DNA of 64,000 nt, from the NCBI GenBank assembly GCA_039802605.1, contig JBDRWW010000003.1:64001-128000 (forward strand). The letters run 5' to 3'. How positions within the stretch are numbered: the first letter of the stretch is position 1; each line of letters starts with the position of its first letter. Below are positions 32,087 through 42,026 of this stretch, piece after piece. The notes beneath the pieces were generated by a model. It was given only the letters and a program-made list of their open reading frames with translations. It was not told the DNA's origin and did not search any database. This stretch comes from a candidate division WOR-3 bacterium (lineage in GTDB: Bacteria > Hydrothermota > Hydrothermia > LBFQ01). The translations under genes were made by a program, and so were the position numbers.

Positions 32087-32556
32087 ATAGCCACCCCCGA
32101 AAAAACGCATGTCCAGTTTTCCCCAACTTCGGCGTCTATTCCGGATGAAATTATCTCTTTAACCTTTATCCCCCTATCCTCCATGGCCTTTAAACACAGG
32201 TCTTCCACCTTTCTTAATAGTATCTCCTTCCTTTGAAAACCCTTTATTTCCATTATAACACCTATGCTTTCCTCGTCCTCGGGTATGGCTACGGCAACGG
32301 CCGTGCCGATGATTTTACCCCTTTCGTTTGAAGATAGCTCCGCAAATGCTATTGGTAATAAAGAACCTTTTGGTAAAAGAACGCTTTCGGTTTGCCTTGA
32401 ACCCGCTGGGAGGATGCTTGAAACCTTTAAAAGGTTGTAATCCGAAAAACCCGCATCCCTCAAAGCCCTATCAAACGCCAAAATATACTCCTCGGCCTTA
32501 CCCACACCACTACCAACCGTAAAAAACCTATGATTTCCATATTTCGGGTTGTTCAT
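32068..32556 (-). CDS. Pyruvoyl-dependent arginine decarboxylase
   Basis: AFDRALRDAG..DYNLLKVSSILP (Ser-Ser self-cleavage site); exact start uncertain. Confidence 0.88.
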   Translation of the reverse strand: MNNPKYGNHRFFTVGSGVGKAEEYILAFDRALRDAGFSDYNLLKVSSILPAGSRQTESVLLPKGSLLPIAFAELSSNERGKIIGTAVAVAIPEDEESIGVIMEIKGFQRKEILLRKVEDLCLKAMEDRGIKVKEIISSGIDAEVGENWTCVFSGVAIWESQS

Positions 32557-33436
32557 CCCTTATCACCCTCCCGTTTTCTTCAAGGTTTTTTGTAAGGTAT
32601 TTTGGCAATTTAAACATCGCGTAATGAATATCGGGGGTGTAGAATTTTAGATCATTTTCAAAGCCCGAAATCTTTGAAATTATATCCTCACGATTAACGC
32701 TTTCGGGGTCTATTCCCTTTGTTGCTATTGTAAACGCCCAATCCAACTGGAATGAAAACATATAAGCGTGATAAACCTTAACCAAGGGGAAAACCTCCTT
32801 TAAGGTTTTATAAACGCTTGAAACAAAACCCGCAAAGTATATATCCGCACTTGCGGATTGAACTACAAGGATACCGTTATCCGTTAATTTTTCATATACG
32901 GTTTCGTAAAACTCCTTTGTAAATAGCATTACAGAGGGTCCCCCTTCTATCGGTTCGGTTAAATCGCTTATTATTACATCAAACTTTTCATCCGTTTCTT
33001 CAACATACTTCCTCGCATCTGTGAATACCAATTTTGCCCTATCGTCATAAAAGGCCCCCCTATGCCATTCCGGCATATAGGCTTCGCACAATTTCACGAG
33101 TTGCTCGTCTATATCCACCATAACCGCCCTTTCAACCGGATACCTCAAAACCTCTCTAAGGGTAGCCCCCTCACCGCCACCCATTATTAAAACTTTCTTG
33201 GGATTTGGATGCGATACCATTGCGGGATGGACAAGGGCTTCGTGGAATACCGCTTCGTCTATCTCCGCGGATTGTATCTTATTGTCAAGAAATAGGGTTT
33301 TGCCCATTGCTTCAAGTTCCACAAGACTAACCTTTTGATAGGGTGTCCTACCGTGATATATATGGTTTTTAATCCTATAAAGGAACAAAATGTGATCCGT
33401 ATGTTTTTCTATAAACCAATTCCCCTCAATTACCAT
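32528..33436 (-). CDS. speE: Polyamine aminopropyltransferase (GGGEG type)
   Basis: TPYQKV, LDNKIQS, DEAVFHEALVHPAM, GGGEGATLREVL, DLTEP. Confidence 0.9.
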   Translation of the reverse strand: MVIEGNWFIEKHTDHILFLYRIKNHIYHGRTPYQKVSLVELEAMGKTLFLDNKIQSAEIDEAVFHEALVHPAMVSHPNPKKVLIMGGGEGATLREVLRYPVERAVMVDIDEQLVKLCEAYMPEWHRGAFYDDRAKLVFTDARKYVEETDEKFDVIISDLTEPIEGGPSVMLFTKEFYETVYEKLTDNGILVVQSASADIYFAGFVSSVYKTLKEVFPLVKVYHAYMFSFQLDWAFTIATKGIDPESVNREDIISKISGFENDLKFYTPDIHYAMFKLPKYLTKNLEENGRVIRDEQPEIWKS

Positions 33437-33483
33437 AAGCGGGGATTGTAAGGGGGAACACCTTTAAAATAACCAACCTCGCA

Positions 33484-34581
33484 ATGAGGCCAAGAGTTTA
33501 TATTACTATTTTGGCATTGATATGGCTTGTTCTCTGCGGTTTGCTTTTGCAGTGGAGCGTTATAATGTACAAATCCGTAGTTTATGGGATTTCACCCGCA
33601 TCTTTTATTATAAACACCGTTATTAGGCTTTTTGTGGGGATAGTGGCGTTTATACTCGGTATGATACTTTTTAAAAGGAGAATTGAAAGGTATGCGGATG
33701 TTATACTGTGGGCATCGGTGGGGTTGTTGGTTATAACATTGGTTTTCGGTAAAACTTTTGGGGGGGCTACGAGGTGGATAAGCATACTCGGCTTTTCCTT
33801 TCAGCCTTCGGAGTTTGTAAAATACGCTTTAATAATTTATATGGGTAAGGTTTTTGCATACGAAAGCGATAAGAGGATTTATAGGGTGTTTTGGAAACTG
33901 CTTTTTATATCCTCCGTAATTGCGGTATTGGTTGCTTTACAGCCCAACATTTCCACGGCTTCCGTTTTGCTGTTTTCAGTAATAGTCGTTTTGATATTAT
34001 GGGGGGCCAAACCCTTACAAATAATAACCTCGTTTTTATTGTTTTTGATTTTAGCCATGGTGTCGTATAACACCTTTCCCCATGTTAGGGATCGTATAAA
34101 CATATTTCTGGGTAAGGAAGAGAGCGGTATAAGAAAGGCTCAGGTGGTGCAGGCAAAGGTTGCGCTGGTATCGGGGGGTGTATTTGGGAGGGGTCCGGGA
34201 AAGGGATTACAAAAGCTCGGGTATTTACCATCTTCGGATAAGGATTTCGCATACTCTTACATCTCGGAAGAATACGGTCTATTGGGTTTTCCGGCCGGTG
34301 GTTTTTGGATAATCCTTATGATAATCCTTATAACTTGGAACGGTGTATGGGCATCGGATAAATTGGCTTTACAAGATGAATACAAATCCTTTGTTTGCTT
34401 TGGATTTTCCGTAATTTACTTTATTTTTTCGGCCGTGCATATTTTGGTTAATATAGGCTTTTTACCTCCAACGGGATTGACCCTACCCTTTGTAAGTTAT
34501 GGGGGCTCTTCCTTGATGGCGAATGCTTTTGCAATGGGATATATTACGAGGGCTATAATTGAGGGTTATAAGGGGTTTTAG
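33484..34581 (+). CDS. FtsW/RodA SEDS peptidoglycan polymerase
   Basis: GATRWI, FQPSEFVK, QPN, DFAYSYISEEYG, TGLTLPFVSYGGSS. Confidence 0.92.
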   Translation: MRPRVYITILALIWLVLCGLLLQWSVIMYKSVVYGISPASFIINTVIRLFVGIVAFILGMILFKRRIERYADVILWASVGLLVITLVFGKTFGGATRWISILGFSFQPSEFVKYALIIYMGKVFAYESDKRIYRVFWKLLFISSVIAVLVALQPNISTASVLLFSVIVVLILWGAKPLQIITSFLLFLILAMVSYNTFPHVRDRINIFLGKEESGIRKAQVVQAKVALVSGGVFGRGPGKGLQKLGYLPSSDKDFAYSYISEEYGLLGFPAGGFWIILMIILITWNGVWASDKLALQDEYKSFVCFGFSVIYFIFSAVHILVNIGFLPPTGLTLPFVSYGGSSLMANAFAMGYITRAIIEGYKGF

Positions 34582-34583
34582 TT

Positions 34584-35171
34584 ATGGAGGGCTTTATTCA
34601 ATCCTCTATAGTGCTCTTTGTCGCCATAGACCCTTTGGGGATTGTGCCAACATTTATATCATTAACGGAGGGAATTCCGGAAAATGAAAAGAGGAAAATA
34701 GCAATATATTCTTCGGTTTATGCATTCTTTGTCGCCCTGTTATTTATATTTTTGAGCAAGTGGGTTTTTGAATATTTCGGCATAAACCTATCACATTTCA
34801 AGATTGCGGGAGGTTTAATTTTACTAATACTTTCCATCAGGGAATTGCTTATATACGGAGAATATTACAAGAGAAGGACCGATGGGTTGGGCGTTGTTCC
34901 CATAGGGATCCCTCTAATAGTTGGGCCTGCAACCCTAACGGCCGGTATAACCCTTGCCTCCGGTTTCGGATATGCGATTACATTCATATCTTTGGCTTTA
35001 AACATCGTATTGACGGCAATTGCCCTTATATTTTCCGCAAAGATTTCGGCCCTTATAGGCAAAGGGGGAATTACAGCCCTTTCAAAGATCTTCATGCTTA
35101 TACTCTCCTCTATTGCGGTTAAGATGATATTGGAGGGCATTGAAGAATTAATAAAAGTCATTCGGATTTAG
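34584..35171 (+). CDS. MarC family membrane protein
   Basis: IDPLGIVPTF, FKIAGGLIL, PIGIPLIVGP. Confidence 0.92.
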   Translation: MEGFIQSSIVLFVAIDPLGIVPTFISLTEGIPENEKRKIAIYSSVYAFFVALLFIFLSKWVFEYFGINLSHFKIAGGLILLILSIRELLIYGEYYKRRTDGLGVVPIGIPLIVGPATLTAGITLASGFGYAITFISLALNIVLTAIALIFSAKISALIGKGGITALSKIFMLILSSIAVKMILEGIEELIKVIRI

Positions 35172-35181
35172 AATTTGAGCG

Positions 35182-37665
35182 ATGAGTTGGATGACCATAT
35201 ATTCGCAGGGTTTTGAGGGAGGTTTTCCCGTTGATTGGTATATTGGAAACGGTGGTAGCACCATTACATGGGAAGTTGTAATTTATGGTTCAAACCCCTT
35301 TGAACCCCCCGGATTCGGAGATTATTACGCAATATGCAATGCCAATTCCGGCATTTATCCCTTCTTTGATACCCTTTTTTCTCCAAAGGTTTATACTTCC
35401 GGTTCGTACGATAGTTTAAAGATTGAATACAATTACGCCTTTAAGAAATACGGTTCAACGGACCTTGGAAAGGTAATACTCAGATACTTTGATGGCACAT
35501 CTTGGTCCCCTTGGATTGATGAAAAAATCTACACATCTACCCAAAAAGGAAAAGATAGTATAAAACTTCCCCCTTACGATAGCATCCAGGTGGCTTTTGT
35601 TTATATAAGCAATGAATGGTCTTTCTGGTTTTCTTTGGATGACTTTTCCGTTAAAGGCGGTAAAACTTACGATTACGATATATCCGCCCTTGGCATCGTA
35701 GAACCCCAAAATAGGGGGATATACTTTAAGGGTAATATAATATACCCTTGGGTTGTCATAAGAAACCTCGGTTTAAACGATGTTGGTACTTGGATTATTT
35801 TAAAGTTTTACTTGGGTTCGGATTTAGTTTACGCCGACTCAACATATACCATATCTTATTCGGGAAATACGGACACCCTGAGTATGGGAATGTATTATGC
35901 GGATACGGTTGGAGAATTCAGGGCGGTTTTGAGGGTCAATCCATTAATGGACAGTTTGGACGAAAACGATTCCCTTTCAATCACATTTAAAGTTATGCCA
36001 AGGCCCGTAAAGGATATAACCGTTCGCTTTTCCAATAATGCGCCTTTAATTGATGGTAATTTTAGTACCTACGAATGGGCGGATGCAATAAGCGTTGATA
36101 TATCAAATTATGCGGGTAAGGGTTCATCCCCAACGGACACCGCCACATCAAAGGCTTATGTAAAGCACGACGGGAGTTTTGTTTATATGGCGATTCAAAC
36201 CCCGGATACGATATACAACCCCTTGGATGTTTTAAACATAGTTATTAACGATAATGCGAATTCCTCTTGGGATAACGGGGAGGGCGAAAACGCCTTATAC
36301 CCCTCGCCGGGGATGTGGTGGGCCACGAGGAGGATATACGGTTCTTCCTTTGGGAATTGGATATATCCTAGGAGGGATAGGAACACATTCTTTGCTTATG
36401 GCAGGGGTATCGTTGAGGTTAAAATACCCTTTGGTTTGGTTGATTTGAAAGGAGATCCTTCCCACATAAAAACCTTCGTGGGTGGGACATTTTACTTGGG
36501 TATGTATTACATGGATGGTAGAAATGGGGGGATTTTGGCCTGGTGGCCCCAGGATGTTGATACAAACCTGTATTACAATGCCGGAGGCCTTTATAAATCC
36601 CACATAACCCTTGAAAGGCCTTCCGGTTGGAGGGATTTGGGAATTGCCGGTTTATTAAGTCCTAAAACCGTGGAAACGGGTTATAGCTGTGAGGTTTCCC
36701 ATCCCTGCGATATAAGGTTTGTAATATACGACAACAATTCGGAAATCATACGGCCTTGCACCGTTGGGGTTAAAATCCTTGAATATCCAACCCTAAACCT
36801 TATATACTCTTGGGATACGACAATAACGCTTTACTCCTTGGCGTACGATACGCTCGGCTTTACATGGAATCCATATTCTTCGGGTTATTACAAGGTTATA
36901 ATAGAATTGTCGGATGACCAATCCCGGAAAAACAACTATTACGAGGTAATTTTTGGGGTTTCAAGGGTTTTTCTCGCCCCTTATGTTGAAAACTTTGAGG
37001 GGGAGTTTTTCTTACCCCTTGGGTGGAATAGGGAAGGGGATGGATGGGTTTTGGGAAACAACTTTTTGAACCCCAACATTGCCCCCGCTTATGGCGTTTC
37101 CGGATATAAATTTGCGGAATTTACAACATACACCACTTTATCGGGGGATTCATCCGTATTAATATCACCGAAGATAATATCTCCTCCTGATGCCGTTTTA
37201 ACATTTTGGTGGTGGAACGGCCCCACATTTTCCGGAAGGGGAAATTACGATGTATTAAAGGTTTATTACAAAACGCAGTCAACACCTTGGACACTTTTGG
37301 CCTGGTTTTATGGAGATGTTTATAATTGGAGAAACCAAATTGTACCATTACCCGTTTTGGCCGGTGATACCATTCAGTTGAAGTTTGTGGCAATAAGCGA
37401 TTATGGGGATACGGATATTTCCTTGGACGATATAGGGGTTATTAGAAATCCGCTATATGTTTCGGAAAGCGGCAAGAATTTGCAAGGATTTAAGGTTTTT
37501 AAAGGGGGCGTAATGCTTCATAAGGGCGAATATTACGAAATATACGATGCAAGGGGTAGGGTTGTATTTAGGGGTTTTGTGGAAAATGATAGGGTTTTAA
37601 GGTTGGCGAAAGGGGCTTATTTTGTAAAGGTTAGAGGGGGGATTTTTAAGGTTCTGATCGGATAA
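35182..37665 (+). CDS. Large multidomain surface protein (MAM/cleaved-adhesin-, CARDB- and CBM9-like segments) with T9SS type A C-terminal domain
   Basis: FE...P.GW and LDD motifs, APLIDG....EW; C-terminal YEIYDARGRVV...LAKGAYFVKV....KVLI. Confidence 0.72.
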   Translation: MSWMTIYSQGFEGGFPVDWYIGNGGSTITWEVVIYGSNPFEPPGFGDYYAICNANSGIYPFFDTLFSPKVYTSGSYDSLKIEYNYAFKKYGSTDLGKVILRYFDGTSWSPWIDEKIYTSTQKGKDSIKLPPYDSIQVAFVYISNEWSFWFSLDDFSVKGGKTYDYDISALGIVEPQNRGIYFKGNIIYPWVVIRNLGLNDVGTWIILKFYLGSDLVYADSTYTISYSGNTDTLSMGMYYADTVGEFRAVLRVNPLMDSLDENDSLSITFKVMPRPVKDITVRFSNNAPLIDGNFSTYEWADAISVDISNYAGKGSSPTDTATSKAYVKHDGSFVYMAIQTPDTIYNPLDVLNIVINDNANSSWDNGEGENALYPSPGMWWATRRIYGSSFGNWIYPRRDRNTFFAYGRGIVEVKIPFGLVDLKGDPSHIKTFVGGTFYLGMYYMDGRNGGILAWWPQDVDTNLYYNAGGLYKSHITLERPSGWRDLGIAGLLSPKTVETGYSCEVSHPCDIRFVIYDNNSEIIRPCTVGVKILEYPTLNLIYSWDTTITLYSLAYDTLGFTWNPYSSGYYKVIIELSDDQSRKNNYYEVIFGVSRVFLAPYVENFEGEFFLPLGWNREGDGWVLGNNFLNPNIAPAYGVSGYKFAEFTTYTTLSGDSSVLISPKIISPPDAVLTFWWWNGPTFSGRGNYDVLKVYYKTQSTPWTLLAWFYGDVYNWRNQIVPLPVLAGDTIQLKFVAISDYGDTDISLDDIGVIRNPLYVSESGKNLQGFKVFKGGVMLHKGEYYEIYDARGRVVFRGFVENDRVLRLAKGAYFVKVRGGIFKVLIG

Positions 37666-37693
37666 ACCTTACCCCCTTATAATATTATCTTGC

Positions 37694-37766
37694 GGGGCCG
37701 TAGCTCAACCGGCAGAGCAGCGGACTCATAATCCGTGGGTTGGGGGTTCGAGTCCCTCCGGCCCCA
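37694..37766 (+). tRNA. tRNA with CAT anticodon, probably Ile2 (lysidine) rather than elongator Met; not initiator
   Basis: Acceptor GGGGCCG/CGGCCCC with paired 1:72; arm GCGGA-CTCATAA-TCCGT lacks three G-C pairs; TATAAT 37678-37683; T-run after; CCA not encoded. Confidence 0.9.
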
Positions 37767-37771
37767 TTTTT

Positions 37772-38941
37772 TTATTTCCATTCCGCAACGAATATGTTAA
37801 ACTCCCTGCGGTTTTTTGCACCCCTGTTTGATGTCCATACGACCTTCTTTCCGTCTTTGCTGAACATTGGGAATGCATTAAACCCCTCTGAAAATGTTAT
37901 CCTTTCAAGGTTTCTACCGTCAACATCAACTTTATAAAGCTCAAAACTAAAACTCCCGGGCTTGTGTAAGTTTGATGAGAAAATTATAAACTTTTCGGAT
38001 GGGTGGAAATATGGGGCAAAGTTTGAAACGCCCTTTGGGGAATGCGTTAGTTGGGTAAATTTTTTCGTTTTCGTATCGTATAAAAACAGTTCAACATCTT
38101 GGGGTTTTACGAGGTCCTTGGAGAGTAATTCTTTAAATTCCTTTATTTCCGAAGTATCCTTTAAGTGGCGCGCCCTAAATACGATATACCTACCCGAAGG
38201 GCTAAACATGGCTCCCCCATCGTATCCCGGAAAATCCGTAATCCTTTGTATTTCCCTTGTCCTTATGTTTATCGTGTATAACTCCAAGTCCCCATCCTTT
38301 GAGGATGTAAAAACAACAACATCCCCGTAATTCCCTTCACCCTCGGCATCGTATCCATTTGATGAGAACAGCGGATATATGCTATCCCTTTTCAAGTCGT
38401 AAATGTAAAGGTCGTAATTAAACAGCCTCCAAACATAGACCCCTTTCCTCAAATATTCATTTGCATATGGATTTGTAGGGCATTCCAAACCTTGGGAAAA
38501 TGTACTTGAAAACAGTACGGAATCCGGACTTATAAACCAACCGCATGTATTTGCACCACCCGGAGAAATCCTCTTTATCGGAAAACCGAATGTATCCATA
38601 ACAAAAATCTGATCGCACTCAAACCTCCCTTTAACAAAGGAATTGAAATACAAGCCTTTAAAATCCGCCGTGTCGTATATTTCGGGGATAAAGAACATCC
38701 AACCTTCCGAATGTTTTACTTTAAAGTATTTTAGTTTTTTGGATTTTATGAGACTTTCAAGTTTCCTCGGTTCTTTTGTTAAAAGATATACCCCACCTTC
38801 TCCCTTTGTTTGAAAAACGATCCTTTCCCCATCGGGTGAGAAATATGCTTCGGCGTTTTCCCCGACAAAGGTCAGTTGTTTTATATTCTTCAAAAACCTT
38901 TCCTCGCCTTTAAATAGCAATTGGGATACTATGAGAACCAT
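37772..38941 (-). CDS. TolB-like PD40 beta-propeller protein
   Basis: QLTFVGENAEAYFSPDG, GYDGGAMFSPSG, NFAPYFHP, FPMFSKDGKK. Confidence 0.88.
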   Translation of the reverse strand: MVLIVSQLLFKGEERFLKNIKQLTFVGENAEAYFSPDGERIVFQTKGEGGVYLLTKEPRKLESLIKSKKLKYFKVKHSEGWMFFIPEIYDTADFKGLYFNSFVKGRFECDQIFVMDTFGFPIKRISPGGANTCGWFISPDSVLFSSTFSQGLECPTNPYANEYLRKGVYVWRLFNYDLYIYDLKRDSIYPLFSSNGYDAEGEGNYGDVVVFTSSKDGDLELYTINIRTREIQRITDFPGYDGGAMFSPSGRYIVFRARHLKDTSEIKEFKELLSKDLVKPQDVELFLYDTKTKKFTQLTHSPKGVSNFAPYFHPSEKFIIFSSNLHKPGSFSFELYKVDVDGRNLERITFSEGFNAFPMFSKDGKKVVWTSNRGAKNRREFNIFVAEWK

Positions 38942-38984
38942 AGGCGTTTATTCTACCCTTGTTAATCGTCCTTAAAATTATCAC

Positions 38985-39857
38985 TTGGTTGATACCCTTA
39001 CAACCTTTTTGGCCGCTAACATTACATCCTTTGGAACATTTAAGGCTTTTTGGTCGGAAGGTGGAAAAATCTATGAGGATAACAATGTGTTTTTCAACTT
39101 CGTTTTTCTTGATGCGGTTTATGATTTCCGGGAAAAATACCCAAAAATAAAAGCCTTATCGGATAGCATTTTAAAATGGACATTAAAGTATAGACCAAAG
39201 GGGGATATGTGGGTTTATTGGGTGGATAGGGAAATATATCCCGATTTTGATGATATTAGCCTTGGTTCTTTGGTTCTGGAAAAATACGGTTTTAAACCCT
39301 CACCCAATGTTAGGGATACAATTGATAAATACCGTACAAAAACCTGCGTTTTCCTTTTCAAGGCCCCCTATGATGTAAAAAATAAAAGGTGTGATTGTAT
39401 AGTTAATATAAACGCTTTCAGGTATTTAAAGGATAAGTCCATTTGCGAATATTTAAGTAGGTGCTGGGGAAAAATTGACAAACTGGCCTCTTACACCTAC
39501 GAATACGCCGGATATTTCTTTTACTACTTCTATTCAAAGGCTTTAAAAGGGGGTTTATCGTGCAACTTTGATATTAAAGAGAGAATTCTCTCCGAGCTAA
39601 AAAGCGATACATTAAGGGGTTTGCCTTTAATACTTGTATTTACATCGGCTAGTATTTTGGGAATAAGGGATTCCTTGGTTGATAAGGCTTATGAAAAAAT
39701 TTCCTCAACCCTTATGCGTGATGGGGGATTACCGGAATACAAGTATTTTTACATATACAATCCCCAAGGAGACAATTTATATTCCTTTTTCGGCAGAACA
39801 TTTCCAACTATCATATTCCTTGAAGGGGTTTTGCATTATGTTGGGGGAAATAATTGA
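38985..39857 (+). CDS. Hypothetical protein, possible prenyltransferase / class II terpene-cyclase-like alpha-barrel
   Basis: YPDFDDIS DxDD motif, DCIVNINA, RDGGL; TTG start 6 nt after TAAAAT. Confidence 0.5.
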   Translation: MVDTLTTFLAANITSFGTFKAFWSEGGKIYEDNNVFFNFVFLDAVYDFREKYPKIKALSDSILKWTLKYRPKGDMWVYWVDREIYPDFDDISLGSLVLEKYGFKPSPNVRDTIDKYRTKTCVFLFKAPYDVKNKRCDCIVNINAFRYLKDKSICEYLSRCWGKIDKLASYTYEYAGYFFYYFYSKALKGGLSCNFDIKERILSELKSDTLRGLPLILVFTSASILGIRDSLVDKAYEKISSTLMRDGGLPEYKYFYIYNPQGDNLYSFFGRTFPTIIFLEGVLHYVGGNN

Positions 39858-40458
39858 ATTTTTGTTTCCACCCCTGTGTTATGCGTGCACGAAGGTATTA
39901 TCCGAGGATTTCTTGTGTGAAGATTGCTGGAAGGATATAATGGAAAATATCGCCTTTGAAAGCGGATATTACTACGGTTTTAAGGTTTATTCCCTATTTT
40001 TTTACAACGGTAGGGTTAAGGATGTGGTTCAAAATTTTAAGTATGTTGGTTTTAAAAAGATCGCAAATAGGTTTTCCAAACATTTGGCGGAAATGGTCAT
40101 AGGTGAGGAAATAGATGTAATAGTGCCGATACCTTTGCACCCCGCAAGGGTTAGGGAAAGGGGGTTTAGCCAGACTTTTGAGCTGGCAAAAGTGCTCTCA
40201 AAAGAGCTAAAAAAGCCCTTAAAAGAATACATTTTCAGGCATTCTTATCGTAAGGCTCAGGCAAATATATCTTCAAGGGATGATAGGATGAGAAATGTGA
40301 AGGGGGTTTTTTCCTATTTTGTAAGGATTAACAAAGAAAGGGTTTTATTGGTTGACGATGTTATAACAACTGGATACACCTTTTACGAGGCCGCAAGGAC
40401 GCTTATAGAAGCTGGTGCAAGAGATGTAATAGGTATAACCCTTGCAAAGGGGGGATAA
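39838..40458 (+). CDS. comF: ComF family protein (zinc ribbon plus PRTase)
   Basis: FLFPPLCYAC..LCEDC, PIPLHPAR..ERGF.Q, LLVDDVITTG.T; start moved to ATG 39838. Confidence 0.9.
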   Translation: MLGEIIEFLFPPLCYACTKVLSEDFLCEDCWKDIMENIAFESGYYYGFKVYSLFFYNGRVKDVVQNFKYVGFKKIANRFSKHLAEMVIGEEIDVIVPIPLHPARVRERGFSQTFELAKVLSKELKKPLKEYIFRHSYRKAQANISSRDDRMRNVKGVFSYFVRINKERVLLVDDVITTGYTFYEAARTLIEAGARDVIGITLAKGG

Positions 40459-42026
40459 TGATAAAAATATTAAGGGTTAAGGATTTTTTGCTTTTTGATA
40501 AGGCAACCCTTGAATTTGATAATGGGTTTAATGTTATAACCGGCGAAACCGGGGCTGGAAAATCTTTAATAATAGACGCCTTAAATTTACTTATATCCCC
40601 AAGGGTTGATTGGGATACTTTAACAAAAAATTCCACGATTGAGGCCGTAATAGAACCCGATGGGGAAATTTTAGAAATTCTTGAAGATTTGGGGGTTGAA
40701 TTGGAAAATGATGGGGTAATTATAAGAAAGGGCTTTGATGTAAAAAACAAAAAAACTAAGTCCTATATAAACGACACCCTCGTCTCTTCAAGAAAGATTG
40801 GTGAAATCTTGCAGCCCAAAATATTCATAGGTAAGCAGTTTTCACATATGGAAATTTTGGACGAAAAATACCAGACATCGGTTTTTGATAAGGCGGTAGG
40901 CATCAAAATTGACGAATACTTAAAGTTTTATACGGATTACAAGAAAAAAATAACCGATTACGAGAGGATAAAATTGGAATACGAAGGGTTAAAATCTAAG
41001 GAGGAGTTTATAAGGTTTCAAATAAAGGAACTTGAAGGTATAGATTTTAGCATTGGTGAAGGGGATTTACTGAAAAGGAAAAGGGAATTGGAAGACAGGG
41101 TTAAAGAACAGGAATGGGCGAAAGTGTTCGGCGATGTTTATGAGGATATATACGAAAAGATTTCGCGGATTTTAAAAACCTCACCCGATAAGTTCAAACC
41201 CATATTTGAGGAAATTTTGGAAAGGTTGAACGACATAAAGTCTTATTTGGAATTTCCCGAAGAGGATCTTATATCCGAAATTGACGAAATAAACTCCAAA
41301 CTCTTTACGATAAATAGGTTAAAGTTAAAGTACGGAGTGGATTTTGAGGGTTTGAAGGGTATAAGGGATGAGCTTTTGCAAAAGCTGGAAAGGTTAAAGG
41401 TTTTGGAAGGGGAATTGGAAAACCTTGGGGTAGAAATTGAAAGGGTTGAAAAAATTTTAAGGGTGGAGGCTGAAAAGTTAAACGAAGAAAGGGTAAAAAA
41501 GAAAAAAAACTTTGAAAGGGATGTTGAGAGCCTGTTAAAGGAGTTGGGTTTTGATTATGTGAAATGCGAGGTTGCTTTTAAGGATGGTGAATTTTGGGAG
41601 AGGGGGAACAAGGTGGTTAATATTTTAATATCAACGATACCCGATATAACACCTTCGCATATTTCAAACCTTTCGGGTGGGGAAATTTCAAGGGTTGCTT
41701 TGGTCCTTTCATACCTAGGGGGCTCTAATTATAAAACGCTTATATTTGATGAAATAGACATAGGTGTTAGCCCCAAGGTTGCATTAAAAATAGGGAAAAT
41801 GTTAAGGAACATTTCGGAAAAAACGCAAGTAATAGCAATAACACACCAACCTTTTACGGCCATTTTTGGGCATAAACACTTTGTGGTTGAAAAACCAAAA
41901 CCCGATAGGGCTATATGTACGGAAGTAAGGGGTGAGAAAAGGATTAAAGAATTGGCGAGAATGATGGGTGTTAAAGATGAAGGCGTGGTTTTGGAGGTAT
42001 TAAACACATATGGGATTCATCCGTAG
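40458..42026 (+). CDS. recN: DNA repair protein RecN
   Basis: ITGETGAGKS, coiled coil, LSGGEISR, IFDEIDIG, ITHQP, ELARMMG. Confidence 0.9.
   Translation: MIKILRVKDFLLFDKATLEFDNGFNVITGETGAGKSLIIDALNLLISPRVDWDTLTKNSTIEAVIEPDGEILEILEDLGVELENDGVIIRKGFDVKNKKTKSYINDTLVSSRKIGEILQPKIFIGKQFSHMEILDEKYQTSVFDKAVGIKIDEYLKFYTDYKKKITDYERIKLEYEGLKSKEEFIRFQIKELEGIDFSIGEGDLLKRKRELEDRVKEQEWAKVFGDVYEDIYEKISRILKTSPDKFKPIFEEILERLNDIKSYLEFPEEDLISEIDEINSKLFTINRLKLKYGVDFEGLKGIRDELLQKLERLKVLEGELENLGVEIERVEKILRVEAEKLNEERVKKKKNFERDVESLLKELGFDYVKCEVAFKDGEFWERGNKVVNILISTIPDITPSHISNLSGGEISRVALVLSYLGGSNYKTLIFDEIDIGVSPKVALKIGKMLRNISEKTQVIAITHQPFTAIFGHKHFVVEKPKPDRAICTEVRGEKRIKELARMMGVKDEGVVLEVLNTYGIHP

Noticed and set aside
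39679..39837. Long N-terminal extension of ComF (also the extensions at 44254, 52216, 52515, 14486)
   Set aside because: ORF-caller maximal starts; downstream ATGs fit family N-termini and coupling or promoter signals
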